A stretch of 64,000 nucleotides of DNA from an uncultured virus (IMG/VR IMGVR_UViG_3300043571_000407). Its lineage: Duplodnaviria > Heunggongvirae > Uroviricota > Caudoviricetes. Below are positions 9,802 through 19,585 of the stretch, piece after piece. Location: the IMG/VR virus record IMGVR_UViG_3300043571_000407; one strand, 5' to 3'. How positions within the stretch are numbered: the first letter of the stretch is position 1; every line of letters starts with the position of its first letter. The notes under the pieces are model-generated. The model had not been told where the DNA came from. It made no database searches and was given only the letters and a program-made list of their open reading frames with translations. Made by a program: the position numbers and the translations under genes.

Positions 9802-10428
9802 ATGTTACACCAAACGAACCACTTAGTCAAACCCGAATACAGAAACAGAGCGATTGTGTCCCAAGTTTTGACTTGGGACAATTACGGACAACAAGAGGTG
9901 AGACCGGAAGATATCACACAGATGGCGATCAGCGATGGTGGGATCTTAACCTACCGACTGGGGGCGAAAGCCCACCCCATAGGGGTTGATCAGTTCGACC
10001 GCTTCTGGAAAGCGATACAAGAAGCTAAAAAAGCCGAAGCCCAGAAACAAGCCCAAAAACAAGCCCAAAAACAAGCCCAGGAAGCAGCAACCGAACCCGA
10101 ATGGGCGATTGAATACACATTCACGGACTTTGACGGAACCGAGGTGGACGTAGTGTCCAAAACTATCAACGGGAAGAAAGAAACCCGGATGATGTGGAAG
10201 GAAGACACACTTTACGACCTGGACTTCGCCATCCGAACCTCTAGCGGAGCCGTGGTCAAAGCCTCCTGGAAGTATGGCTACAAAAATACCTGGCTGAATG
10301 CCTACCGAGGCCTCTGGACAGCCCGTAACCGCCAACGGAACGCGGAACGGGACGCTATTGAACGGATGGAAGCCGAACACGACGATGCCCGATCCTACTG
10401 GGAAATGGCAGACGCAGCATCATATTAA
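9802..10428 (+). CDS. Hypothetical protein; C-terminal domain paralogous to 35800-36210
   Basis: 208 aa, QAQK repeats, shared DFDG...IRT..G.V...W...N.W..AY pattern. Confidence 0.7.
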   Translation: MLHQTNHLVKPEYRNRAIVSQVLTWDNYGQQEVRPEDITQMAISDGGILTYRLGAKAHPIGVDQFDRFWKAIQEAKKAEAQKQAQKQAQKQAQEAATEPEWAIEYTFTDFDGTEVDVVSKTINGKKETRMMWKEDTLYDLDFAIRTSSGAVVKASWKYGYKNTWLNAYRGLWTARNRQRNAERDAIERMEAEHDDARSYWEMADAASY

Positions 10429-10478
10429 GATCCGAGGGGTGAAAATCCCCTCAATAATTAACCCTATTAACTGAAACC

Positions 10479-10640
10479 ATGAACTACAAAGGCTACGAAA
10501 TCACAACGGAACAAGTCAAACAAGGGTTTGTGTTCTCCCAACCTACCTACTGGATTGTTTATGTTGACGGTCAACAACTGCCAAACCAGTTCGACTCAGA
10601 AGAAGAAGCAATTGATTGTGCCAAGTTCTTTATTGACTAA
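10479..10640 (+). CDS. Small hypothetical protein (53 aa, not in ORF track)
   Basis: MNYKGYEITTEQ...FDSEEEAIDCAKFFID, between two matching intergenic hairpins. Confidence 0.65.
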   Translation: MNYKGYEITTEQVKQGFVFSQPTYWIVYVDGQQLPNQFDSEEEAIDCAKFFID

Positions 10641-10683
10641 ATAATCCGAGGGGTGAAAATCCCCTTCAATACAACTAACAGCA

Positions 10684-10732
10684 AACCAAAGGACAATTAA
10701 CCAAAGGACAATTAACCAAAGGACAATTAACC
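10684..10732. repeat. (AACCAAAGGACAATT) x3, a triplicated RBS region
   Basis: Three 15-bp units ending just before ATG 10733. Confidence 0.9.
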
Positions 10733-11617
10733 ATGACATCTCAACAATCTGAAACCGAATTTCAACCAATCAAATACCCCAACGGGTTAACCGTAACCAA
10801 GTCGATGACAACCCCATCAAAACCAGGCAAGAAACCCCGCGAGGTTTGGACTGTGACGGGGTTAACGCTTAACGAATACCGTGACGCATTATATGACCTT
10901 GGTGGTCGCCCCTATCCCCGTAGCTCAAAGCATAATTTCAACTTCTGGGATGACCCCAATAGTGATATCGCAGCGTTAAACGATAGCGATAAAACATCCT
11001 TTGCCGAACAGCAAGAGGGAATGAAAAAACGGGCGGTAGCTCGTTCAGAGCGATATAAGGAGTTAGCTCAAAAGAACTCCGATAAATCAAACGCTTATTA
11101 TCAGACTTCTAGTGACGCTGTAGCAGGCATCCCCCTGGGGCAACCCATCCTAATCGGTCATCATAGCGAAGGGCGACATCGGCGCGATATAGCCCGTTGT
11201 CATAGCGCTATGGACAAGAGTGTAGAGCATCAAAAGAAATCGGAACACTACGAATATAAAGCAGCCGTCGCAGCCAGTAATGCCGAAAGCCACGGCATTG
11301 AGTTTATTGGCAACCGAATTGCCGACTGTGAGGCTAAAATTCGGGCTTGCGAAAAATACCCAGACACGCAGTTTTATATTCAACAAAAGAAAGAGGAAGA
11401 AGAAAAATTAGAATACTGGAAACAGAAGTTCGATGAAGCTGGCGGGTTACGGGTTGAGATTAGCAAGATAAAGAAGGGTGACTATATTAAGGTGCGGGGT
11501 CAGTGGTACACGGTAATCAGGGTTAACAAAAAGACCGTAACCCATTCATGGTTTTATGAAGGCGGAGAATGGAAAAGCCCACACCATGAAATTCAAGAGC
11601 ATAAAACGGTAGTATAG
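10733..11617 (+). CDS. DUF3560 domain protein
   Basis: Signature IPLGQPILIGHHSEGRHRRD. Confidence 0.85.
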   Translation: MTSQQSETEFQPIKYPNGLTVTKSMTTPSKPGKKPREVWTVTGLTLNEYRDALYDLGGRPYPRSSKHNFNFWDDPNSDIAALNDSDKTSFAEQQEGMKKRAVARSERYKELAQKNSDKSNAYYQTSSDAVAGIPLGQPILIGHHSEGRHRRDIARCHSAMDKSVEHQKKSEHYEYKAAVAASNAESHGIEFIGNRIADCEAKIRACEKYPDTQFYIQQKKEEEEKLEYWKQKFDEAGGLRVEISKIKKGDYIKVRGQWYTVIRVNKKTVTHSWFYEGGEWKSPHHEIQEHKTVV

Positions 11618-11628
11618 GGCAAAAATAA

Positions 11629-11937
11629 ATGCAACACAGACTGTACGGATTAAGAGGAGAGGCATACACCCAGGAATATAAACGGTTGTACACCGAGCTT
11701 GCTCCACAGATCAAAACAGAAATTTTGAAACTCAAGACTTCATCGGGGAGTTTCACGATCTACGACTTTGGCAGTTTATGTATGAAGTTTGAAATCCCTG
11801 CAATAGTGATGGACGACTACCTAAACTCAATTTTCCCTCCTCCTTCTGATAGCTTCTTTTGGGGTGCAGGGACGTGGGAGAGACTTCATAGCAATGGGGT
11901 CAAAGCCGAAGACATCGGGATAGCGTGGGGTGATTAG
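11629..11937 (+). CDS. Hypothetical protein
   Basis: 102-aa ORF followed by hairpin at about 11958-11982. Confidence 0.6.
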   Translation: MQHRLYGLRGEAYTQEYKRLYTELAPQIKTEILKLKTSSGSFTIYDFGSLCMKFEIPAIVMDDYLNSIFPPPSDSFFWGAGTWERLHSNGVKAEDIGIAWGD

Positions 11938-12037
11938 AAAGGAGATGATCATTTAGTGCCGCCCTTTTTTTGTGGAGGGCGGTGTTTCTATTTTTTGATA
12001 CAATACAATTAATTAAACAAAAAGCAAGGAGAAGGCT

Positions 12038-12343
12038 GTGGAAAACAAATGTCCCAGATGTGGAAGCAAATCTTTCTATTACAATGGAATAAGAAAGCGA
12101 AAAACAGGCGACACACAGCAATATCGCTGTAAAAACTGCAATAAACAATGGATTGATGAACCTCTGCCAGGAGGAAGACCTCCTCTATTGACATCCTACG
12201 ACGACGAATATTGGTGCCGGAACCATTTAGGCGTTAGAGCCAAAGCCAAGGGCTTGTGCGCGAACTGTTACGCCACTCACCGAAGAAAGGAGAGGGGAAA
12301 AGGAAAACCAGATCCCCTTGAGTCTCTATTAGTTTTAAGTTGA
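12038..12343 (+). CDS. InsA-like zinc-ribbon protein
   Basis: CPRCGS...NG...QQYRCKNC then GGRP; second C..H/C..C cluster; AAGGAG RBS. Confidence 0.65.
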   Translation: MENKCPRCGSKSFYYNGIRKRKTGDTQQYRCKNCNKQWIDEPLPGGRPPLLTSYDDEYWCRNHLGVRAKAKGLCANCYATHRRKERGKGKPDPLESLLVLS

Positions 12344-12404
12344 GGATTAGCCAATAGGAAACCCTGGCATGATCAGGGTTAGGGTGTCTATTTTAGGCGA
12401 TCGC

Positions 12405-12665
12405 TTATTTCCCGTCACCTAAAAACGCATCCTCTAATTGCTTTAGCCGCGACTCTATTGCCATGAACCTCTTGCTGTCTGGACTGGGATTGGCAGAATT
12501 GATCGCTTCTATCCCTGCTTTTATTAAAAGTTTTAGGGTTCGCCCTTGATTGAACTCCAGCATTTTCCCAGGCGTGGGATAACTCTCTAACCCGATTTTC
12601 TCCATCTCCTCGTAGATTTCGGGAGGGCATCGGAAATTGATTGCTATAGAAGATTGTCTGTTCAT
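12405..12665 (-). CDS. RHH-like regulator, paralog of 33707-34102
   Basis: INFRCP..I...E..G.E.YP; C-terminal coiled coil. Confidence 0.6.
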   Translation of the reverse strand: MNRQSSIAINFRCPPEIYEEMEKIGLESYPTPGKMLEFNQGRTLKLLIKAGIEAINSANPSPDSKRFMAIESRLKQLEDAFLGDGK

Positions 12666-12856
12666 GATGGAATATGGTTTACATTATTTCCCTTATTATA
12701 GCCTATTGTTGACATTTTGCAATACATAAGTAAACCAGTAGAGTAAACTGTAATTATGTAAGAAATACTAAATGTGAATGGTTGCAAAAAAGTAAACGGA
12801 TTAGGTACTATGCAAGACAGTTTTCTGAATTTTAAAAAAAAACTAGGAGCGATCGC

Positions 12857-13036
12857 ATGAATTATTTTATCATTAAAGCTAAAGGTGCATCTGTCTTTTG
12901 GACAGGTACTCAATGGCATCATCCAGCTAAAAGATATAAGTCAAGAAAGATAGCTGAGAATGCTATCAGAAAAACAACCAATCACTATGAGTTTAAAAGA
13001 CGAGAAAAAGAAGTAATAGAAATCAATCTTCCATAA
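12857..13036 (+). CDS. Small hypothetical protein (59 aa), paralog of 29538-29789
   Basis: MNYFIIKAKG...W...AKRYKSRKIAENA; AGGAG RBS. Confidence 0.6.
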   Translation: MNYFIIKAKGASVFWTGTQWHHPAKRYKSRKIAENAIRKTTNHYEFKRREKEVIEINLP

Positions 13037-13073
13037 AATTCAACCCCGTAAATTAACTTTACGGGGTCTGTTA

Positions 13074-13379
13074 TTATTTCTTTTTCTTCCAACTTTTTCC
13101 GACTTTATTTAACAAGCCAGGAAACATTCTAGTCCAAAATATTCCCCCTATAGCAAAAGCAATCATTGTGGCTTTAGTCGGTGGATCACAATTAAAAGGA
13201 AACCCACCAGCCCTATTGTCGAAAGTTTTATAACCAACAATATTGTCATCGTCAATATCGGCAGTTTTAGTAACTAGCCTTAACCAATTAATAAATAATT
13301 GAGGATCGGATTCAAAAACCATTTCAACAATCCGATCCTCAATCAATCCCAACTTTTTCGCATCCATCATTTTTACCAT
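13074..13379 (-). CDS. Hypothetical protein
   Basis: 101-aa ORF overlapping the upstream MTase stop. Confidence 0.55.
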   Translation of the reverse strand: MVKMMDAKKLGLIEDRIVEMVFESDPQLFINWLRLVTKTADIDDDNIVGYKTFDNRAGGFPFNCDPPTKATMIAFAIGGIFWTRMFPGLLNKVGKSWKKKK

Positions 13380-13924
13380 TTAGAAGTTTGACAAACGGTT
13401 CCCCAACCCTCAAAAACTACCTCAAATCTTTGAGGTTGCAATCCAAAATAAAACAGAGTTTGGGAGAACCTGTTTTGGTCTTGTTTTTTTCCTTCCGCCG
13501 CCCGTTTGGGACTGTAGAATGTGAGTCGGGTTGAGGGTAGGCAGAAGCGATCGCACCGATTCAAAGCCTTTTTATACCAGGCTGTACTGTTGTCAGTATT
13601 GGTTAACAAGAATGCTTCCGCTTCCGTCTCGTTCAGGGTTTGAATTAATTTGTCAACAACCTTCTCAACAAATCCCGCGCTATAGGGAGGGTTTAACCAG
13701 AGTGTCTTAGCCTGTCTCCAGTTCTGTTTAAATCCATCATCTTGAATTGTGAATATCTTTTGAGCTTTAATAATTTGATTGGCATGTTCACAGCTAAAAG
13801 GGTCTAATTCAGGAAATCCATAAAACTCATGGACTAAATCAATCAAATCAGACGGGGTATAATTTTCGTTTGAATCAAGAATTACGGGTTGTGTTTCAAA
13901 TAGTGAAAGTTGTTGTATAATCAT
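13373..13924 (-). CDS. Phage N6-adenine DNA methyltransferase (Dam-like)
   Basis: YTP, LDPFS, DDGF..W, WLNPPYS motifs. Confidence 0.85.
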   Translation of the reverse strand: MIIQQLSLFETQPVILDSNENYTPSDLIDLVHEFYGFPELDPFSCEHANQIIKAQKIFTIQDDGFKQNWRQAKTLWLNPPYSAGFVEKVVDKLIQTLNETEAEAFLLTNTDNSTAWYKKALNRCDRFCLPSTRLTFYSPKRAAEGKKQDQNRFSQTLFYFGLQPQRFEVVFEGWGTVCQTSKW

Positions 13925-14048
13925 TATGTTGTTGCTTTGTGTGTTTGCTTTTTAAAAGTATCTGAGATTCTCTACAAACTCAGATACTTTTTCTTTATTA
14001 TAAGGTATTTGTGTTAAAATAAATATTAACTTAGATGTTAGTAAAATT

Positions 14049-14321
14049 ATGAAATCAGAAAATAAGAAATGTGGTTTTGCTGCTATGAGCCCAGAAAAAC
14101 GTCGGGAGGTTTCTAGCAAAGGGGGTAAAGCATCTCACGATAAAGGAACGCTTCATAAATTCACGCCAGACGAGTGTAGCGATGGTGGGGTTTCCACATC
14201 ACGAAACAAAGACTACATGACTGAGATAGGTCGTAAAGGTGGCAAGGCATCTCGTGATAAAGGAACACTGTATAAGTTTACTTCTGAAGATTGTAGAAAA
14301 GCGTGGAAAAGATCAACATGA
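14049..14321 (+). CDS. KGG-repeat stress-induced protein
   Basis: GFAAMSPEKRREVSSKGGKAS and MTEIGRKGGKAS. Confidence 0.85.
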   Translation: MKSENKKCGFAAMSPEKRREVSSKGGKASHDKGTLHKFTPDECSDGGVSTSRNKDYMTEIGRKGGKASRDKGTLYKFTSEDCRKAWKRST

Positions 14322-14351
14322 ACAAATTTAGATAAGAATCAAGGAAATAAA

Positions 14352-14519
14352 ATGACAACAGAAACAGCACTAACGGAAATAGCTACGCCGTCGATTGTGG
14401 GGTATTTACTCGACAATCAAGGGAAGACAATCAGATGCAAGGCAACCATAAACTCAAAGGGATATATAGTGTTTTATCCCGTGGACGAGGAGTGCGATCG
14501 CAATACCAACAACGACTGA
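14352..14519 (+). CDS. Small hypothetical protein (55 aa)
   Basis: AAGGA RBS; MTTETALTEIATP... Confidence 0.5.
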   Translation: MTTETALTEIATPSIVGYLLDNQGKTIRCKATINSKGYIVFYPVDEECDRNTNND

Positions 14520-14652
14520 TTATGTTAATGTTTTCGTGTTATAATAATATTGGTGGAAAGATTCTCTCTTAAAGTTACCCGGCATCCGCTTGGTGGCTTT
14601 TTGTTTTATGGGTTTGGGTGTTAGAATATTATTGGAGAGATCAGAGGGAGAA

Positions 14653-15498
14653 ATGCCAACAACGACTGATTATGTAAGCTCGGTTTCATTGCTGCCAACA
14701 GTGGAATTTTTGGAGTTGGTAGCTAAGAAGCAATGGGACTCAACCGTTAGTTATGGCCTGGGGATATCAACTATTGTCCCGATGTTTCACTCCACAACCA
14801 ACTCGGAATGGTTATGTCTAAACACTGAAGCAGAGTTTTTGAACTCACCCATAGGGACAGTATCAATTAAAAATCCCTTTGCCTATACCCGACCGGAATC
14901 GTCGCCCGTTTATGTTAGCTATAGTGATATTTCAATCCCATCTGCTAAGGCAAATAAAGCCAAATCACTCTATTTGTTCAGGATAGATGAAGATGGGATA
15001 AATGAAGTTATTATGGTTTCTAATTACGACAAGAAGGATCGGAATGTTACCACCGCACCGCCATTGGATTGCTTCTCTAGGGAGTGCATGACGTGGTTTA
15101 GTAGCGATGTTGATTGGTTTACGGGGTTTGGGGTTTCTTCTCAGTCTCTGGCTTCGTTTGTTGTTAACGACAATGGGATTATATTAAGTAAGTCTAGCGA
15201 TATTTTAGCGGGGGTGATTCCTGAATCGGTGACAACGGTTGATTATACTAATATTCAGGTTGTTAACACAGTCTCCACTTTTACCCCTTGGGTTTCTATT
15301 CAGTTATCAACAGGGGTTCAGTATATGGGTTCAGAAGATGATAAAGCTAATATATTATTCTTGTACTCAGTAGATAAAGATAATGATTCCTTGGTGGCAT
15401 TTGCTCATGGATATACCGCACCAGTAAAAGCGGGATTGATTTATGATAATATTGAATCACTGATATATTTTGACACTAGCGAGATCATAATTATATGA
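14653..15498 (+). CDS. Hypothetical protein, possibly virion-associated
   Basis: GAGGGAG RBS before MPTTTDYV; S/T/V-rich. Confidence 0.6.
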   Translation: MPTTTDYVSSVSLLPTVEFLELVAKKQWDSTVSYGLGISTIVPMFHSTTNSEWLCLNTEAEFLNSPIGTVSIKNPFAYTRPESSPVYVSYSDISIPSAKANKAKSLYLFRIDEDGINEVIMVSNYDKKDRNVTTAPPLDCFSRECMTWFSSDVDWFTGFGVSSQSLASFVVNDNGIILSKSSDILAGVIPESVTTVDYTNIQVVNTVSTFTPWVSIQLSTGVQYMGSEDDKANILFLYSVDKDNDSLVAFAHGYTAPVKAGLIYDNIESLIYFDTSEIIII

Positions 15499-17072
15499 AG
15501 GTCAATGGTGCTTATAAATTTAGAACTAAAGCAAATAAAAGCCCCCGCTTAAAGATATTTTTTAGAGGAACTTACGCCAATCAAAATTTAGATGATAAAA
15601 CATTGGCTTTTTTTGTTGCAACACCAGGAAAAGAAATCGAAGAATTTAGAATAGAATACCCAGGGCTTGATAGTTCTTTTTCTTTGGTGGGTGCACTCGG
15701 TTATTATAAAAGTGTCGGGAGTGGGAAGGATGACTGGGTTGTAACCGTGAAATGCCAATATGACAGCCCAACAGAAAATGATACAAAATATCTTTTTTGC
15801 TACAAAGTTGGAGATGGGCTAACAGATGAAAAACCAAAGGAATATAAAAGAACTGGATTTTCAGACCCAAAAGTTTTAGTAAATGAAATTGGAGAGCGAA
15901 AGTATGAAACATTGCTCCCTACTGGATGCGGGTTCTTTTCTGGTAGCAACCCGTATAGATGGACTAGCCAAACAAACTCTTTAAGTTCGTCTATTAGAAG
16001 CGATGGTTTTTCTGTTAATGGGAGTAATTCATCGACTACAGAGAATGGTGTAACAGTGAGGACAAATACAACGACTACATCTGGCGGACAGGGTAATAAT
16101 ATAATATATTTTTTTGACGGCAGTGGCTTGATAACGAAAACGATTGCTATGGCAAGTTCTAGCAATTCGTATTACTACCAAAAAATTCAATTTGGTTTTA
16201 TTGTGGCTTCAAACTATTCCCAATATTTTATTAATCAAGTTTGGTTAGCCCGCTTTTACTCAGAGCCAACCTATCTATACCCCCCATTTAATGGTATTAC
16301 ACCTAGTATCACTTATAGTGGCCCCACACAAAATCAGCCCTTATTCAACCCATTGGGTTGTATAGAAGAAGAATATTACCTCTCAAAAAACATAACTTAT
16401 AAGTCATTCCAGTCATCGAGTCAGGAAGTTACACGTTCTTCTACATCTGGTCTAAATGTCTCGTCTCAATGGAATTTAAAAGTCTATTCCACCGCTTTAA
16501 CCAGCAACCTCACACATTCTTTTTTGTTCGAAACTACAGATGTTTGCTCGGGAAACCGAGCTAACCTGTCAACAACCGTTTATTGTGTATCACTGTCAGA
16601 CGGGCAAAAGAAAAAGCTCTGTGAAAGTAGTAAAAATACGACGGGCTATTGGGGAGGGTATATTGATTTACCTCACTGGGTTAACAGCGATTACGATTAT
16701 AACCTTAAAAGACATAGTATAAACAGAGTTTCTTATGTATATAAAAACAAATTGCCAGCCGAGCCTGGCACTGTAGAATCTTTTGTATCTTCAATAGAAA
16801 ATGAAGAGGCGATGGAGTTATTTATGGAGGCTATTGTTGGGCGGTTGCGGAGTGTCTTGCATGGGGATGTGCTAACCTATGTCAAAGAAGATCTTGAATC
16901 TGATGATATTTTTTTAAAACAAGATTACTTACTTGATGTTTTGACGTTTGACATTAACAATATTTCAGATTTCAAGAGAGAAAACATAAAAATAAAACCA
17001 TCAATAATTCCTGAGCACATGGAAAATTTTGTTGTTACCGGAATAATATCTATTCAATTTATGGGATATTAA
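15495..17072 (+). CDS. Hypothetical S/T/Y-rich protein, possibly tail-associated
   Basis: 525 aa, ATGA-coupled to previous gene. Confidence 0.6.
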   Translation: MKVNGAYKFRTKANKSPRLKIFFRGTYANQNLDDKTLAFFVATPGKEIEEFRIEYPGLDSSFSLVGALGYYKSVGSGKDDWVVTVKCQYDSPTENDTKYLFCYKVGDGLTDEKPKEYKRTGFSDPKVLVNEIGERKYETLLPTGCGFFSGSNPYRWTSQTNSLSSSIRSDGFSVNGSNSSTTENGVTVRTNTTTTSGGQGNNIIYFFDGSGLITKTIAMASSSNSYYYQKIQFGFIVASNYSQYFINQVWLARFYSEPTYLYPPFNGITPSITYSGPTQNQPLFNPLGCIEEEYYLSKNITYKSFQSSSQEVTRSSTSGLNVSSQWNLKVYSTALTSNLTHSFLFETTDVCSGNRANLSTTVYCVSLSDGQKKKLCESSKNTTGYWGGYIDLPHWVNSDYDYNLKRHSINRVSYVYKNKLPAEPGTVESFVSSIENEEAMELFMEAIVGRLRSVLHGDVLTYVKEDLESDDIFLKQDYLLDVLTFDINNISDFKRENIKIKPSIIPEHMENFVVTGIISIQFMGY

Positions 17073-17808
17073 CAAATAAATTTAACTTCTCAAAAGTAGG
17101 CATCCGCCGCCCAATTTCCGCATCCTCAGAACATAACCACCAATTGCAAAACGATTGGACTTGATGCTGTTCGGCTATTGATATCAACTCCGACCATAGC
17201 CCATTACAAATCGCTTTATCGGCAACGGATTTATACCAAAGACTCGCTTCAATAAAATGCACGGGAACATCAAACATCTCAATAATTTTAGGTAATCTGG
17301 TTAGGATCACCGGAGCATTATAGGTTTTCAAATGAGTTTGAATCCCTACCTCAACAGGAAAATCCTTAGCTAATTCGTGGCAGATGTTGGCGATCGCATC
17401 CCATTTATTGAATAGGTGGGGTTTGAAATCTCCCAAAATTAATCGAGCTTTGGGATTGGCAATATGCGCGGCTTCACAATATCGCTTTAGGTTATCAAGT
17501 TTATAACCAGGATAGCCGACACCTAGATCGTCGGTAAATTCATTTGTTAATACCCATTCATTAATCTTAGGGAATTTTGCAACTCGTTTTTTAATCCATT
17601 GTTCTATCGTTTCACAACCGGAAAATGGACAGGGCTTTTGATGTTTATGCCCATAAAGGAATTGCGCTCGGATGATTTTATCTGGGAAGTCCAGAGGGTT
17701 TTTAGTCCCGTTCCGGTCAACAAATAACTGCCAATGGTAGCCAATCACAACCCCGTCAAATAGCGTTAAGTCCAAAGGTTGTGAACTTCCACAGGTAAAT
17801 TGAATCAA
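17059..17808 (-). CDS. GH10 (endo-xylanase-like) glycoside hydrolase
   Basis: WVLTNE (acid/base Glu), ANPKARLILGDF, GIQTH, VHFIE (nucleophile Glu); TTG start with GGAGGGAG RBS. Confidence 0.7.
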   Translation of the reverse strand: MIQFTCGSSQPLDLTLFDGVVIGYHWQLFVDRNGTKNPLDFPDKIIRAQFLYGHKHQKPCPFSGCETIEQWIKKRVAKFPKINEWVLTNEFTDDLGVGYPGYKLDNLKRYCEAAHIANPKARLILGDFKPHLFNKWDAIANICHELAKDFPVEVGIQTHLKTYNAPVILTRLPKIIEMFDVPVHFIEASLWYKSVADKAICNGLWSELISIAEQHQVQSFCNWWLCSEDAEIGRRMPTFEKLNLFVNIP

Positions 17809-18291
17809 CTAGCTCCCTCCAGCACCCGCTACCCAACCACCATTAAATGCCGTGTAAATAATGCCAGTGCTAGTGTTCTTCCATGTCTCCCTATTTGAGT
17901 TTGGAGTCTTGGTTAAACTTGCGGGGGTTCCGGTGTGGAGACGCATTCTTGCATCCAACTCAACCCATGCCGTGCCATTGTAGATGTATGAGATAACCGA
18001 ATCGTAACTATTAACCGCCCCATTCTCTTGATATAACCATCTAGTCCCTGTGGCAGCCCCTCCGGTTGGCAATGTACTGGCTACCACTTCAGAATCCCTA
18101 GAGATAAACCATCTACCCCCGCCAGTTGCAGTGAAGCATGATTTACCATTTGCTGTTGAGGTAGTGTCTGTTTTTACTAATGTTAACCAAACTTTCTCTG
18201 CAAGGGCAAAAAACAATATTCCATCTTGTAAAGTTGAAACATTTAGAGCCGTAATTGCAGCAATATTTGTCTTAGAACCCATCCATGCCAT
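17809..18291 (-). CDS. Putative tail fibre/accessory protein, short paralog
   Basis: Highly similar over ~155 aa to the N-terminus of 18313-19224; YIYNGTAWV motif. Confidence 0.55.
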   Translation of the reverse strand: MAWMGSKTNIAAITALNVSTLQDGILFFALAEKVWLTLVKTDTTSTANGKSCFTATGGGRWFISRDSEVVASTLPTGGAATGTRWLYQENGAVNSYDSVISYIYNGTAWVELDARMRLHTGTPASLTKTPNSNRETWKNTSTGIIYTAFNGGWVAGAGGS

Positions 18292-18312
18292 AGTCTTTGT
18301 TCCTGATATAAA

Positions 18313-19224
18313 CTAAGGTGAAACAGTGGACAATACAAAATTTCCGGTGTCTTTATCTGATGGATTGTTGTCGTTATTGTAACTGGTTACTTCTATTCTA
18401 AAAACATCACCAATGTTAACAGTAAGAGGGGTAAACGTAAACTGAACAATACCGTCTTGATCTTCGTCGCTTGCAGAGTTAGGAAGTGCTGCACCCCCCG
18501 CAGTAAATAAGCCATGAGTTGCATACATTCTTATGTATGGCTCAAACGCCGTAGACGATAATGTTATTGTTATTGATTGATTGGTAATAGTACCTGTTAG
18601 CCCAAAGTCCATCCAGTTCTGGACGACTTCCTCGTCCCCATCAAGTACATAATCAAGATAGCCGTTAACGGTTTGATTGATTCCAATAGTTCCGGGGGCG
18701 GGTGTTGGGGCTGGCGTTGGTGTTGGTGTAGGAGTTGGTGTAGGAGTTGGGGAAGACGGTATCACCCAACTCCCGTTAAGAGCGTTAGAAACCACCCCCG
18801 TCGTAGTATTTAGCCATGATTCTCTATTGGAATTTGGGGTTTTAGAAAGACTTGCAGGGGTTCCGGTTGATATCCTAACTCTGGCATCTAATTCAATCCA
18901 AGTTGTACCATTATAAATATAAGAAATAACCGAATCGTAGGAATTAACCGCCCCATTTTCTTGATATACCCATCGAGTTCCTATAGCAGCCGCCCCCGTG
19001 GGTATTGTAGTTGCCACTACTTTAGAATCCCTAGAGAGGAACCATCTACCACCACCTATTGCGGTAAAGCAACTTTTATCATTTGCGGTTGCCGTTGTGT
19101 TGGTCTTTTCTAGCACTAACCAGGCTTTTTCTGTTGAGGCAAAATAGACTATTCCATCTTGTAAGTCCGCAACGTTTAACGCCACAATTGCGGCTATATT
19201 CGCCTTTGAACCCATCCAAGGCAT
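18313..19224 (-). CDS. Putative tail fibre/adhesion protein with PT linker and PPC-like C-terminal domain
   Basis: Shared N-domain, (PT)n linker, ITITLSSTAFEPYIRMY...FRIEVTSY...GNFVLS. Confidence 0.55.
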   Translation of the reverse strand: MPWMGSKANIAAIVALNVADLQDGIVYFASTEKAWLVLEKTNTTATANDKSCFTAIGGGRWFLSRDSKVVATTIPTGAAAIGTRWVYQENGAVNSYDSVISYIYNGTTWIELDARVRISTGTPASLSKTPNSNRESWLNTTTGVVSNALNGSWVIPSSPTPTPTPTPTPTPAPTPAPGTIGINQTVNGYLDYVLDGDEEVVQNWMDFGLTGTITNQSITITLSSTAFEPYIRMYATHGLFTAGGAALPNSASDEDQDGIVQFTFTPLTVNIGDVFRIEVTSYNNDNNPSDKDTGNFVLSTVSP

Positions 19225-19228
19225 TATC

Positions 19229-19585
19229 TTAAATCTCCGCTATAGTTATATTCGATAATACAGGAATAAAGTTAGGGATTGCCCCGTTCCAATCTTCTAA
19301 AACTTCAGAGTTCCAACCATCGCTAGAATCCCAAAATAAATTAACAGGGGTATCGGTAGCAAAAGCCTTAACCTCTGTTAATGCAGGAGCGAGTAACTTG
19401 GTTTGAAGTTGGAATGGAAAACCCCGATCTATCTTAGCATTAACCATAAAAGGTTTTAAGCTAAAATAGGCATCCGTTACAGAAAGATTGCTAACCATTC
19501 CCCCGATAATCATAGTATCAGTGGCAGCCGTGAATAGAAGTTTTTGCCCTTCTATTCTTTGGTTTAGGTTCGTTGCGATCGCCAT
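19229..19585 (-). CDS. Hypothetical protein, possibly structural
   Basis: 118-aa ORF directly upstream of fibre-like genes. Confidence 0.55.
   Translation of the reverse strand: MAIATNLNQRIEGQKLLFTAATDTMIIGGMVSNLSVTDAYFSLKPFMVNAKIDRGFPFQLQTKLLAPALTEVKAFATDTPVNLFWDSSDGWNSEVLEDWNGAIPNFIPVLSNITIAEI

Noticed and set aside
12038..12343. IS1 element (also 30377-30643)
   Set aside because: Only an InsA-like zinc ribbon; no InsB/DDE frame or terminal inverted repeats seen
17806..17811. Amber read-through fusing the fibre-like protein to the GH10-like domain
   Set aside because: TAG-TTG is in frame, but a strong GGAGGGAG just upstream supports independent initiation
17809..19224. Diversity-generating retroelement TR/VR pair
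   Set aside because: Both copies are coding, differences are not adenine-specific, and no reverse transcriptase is present
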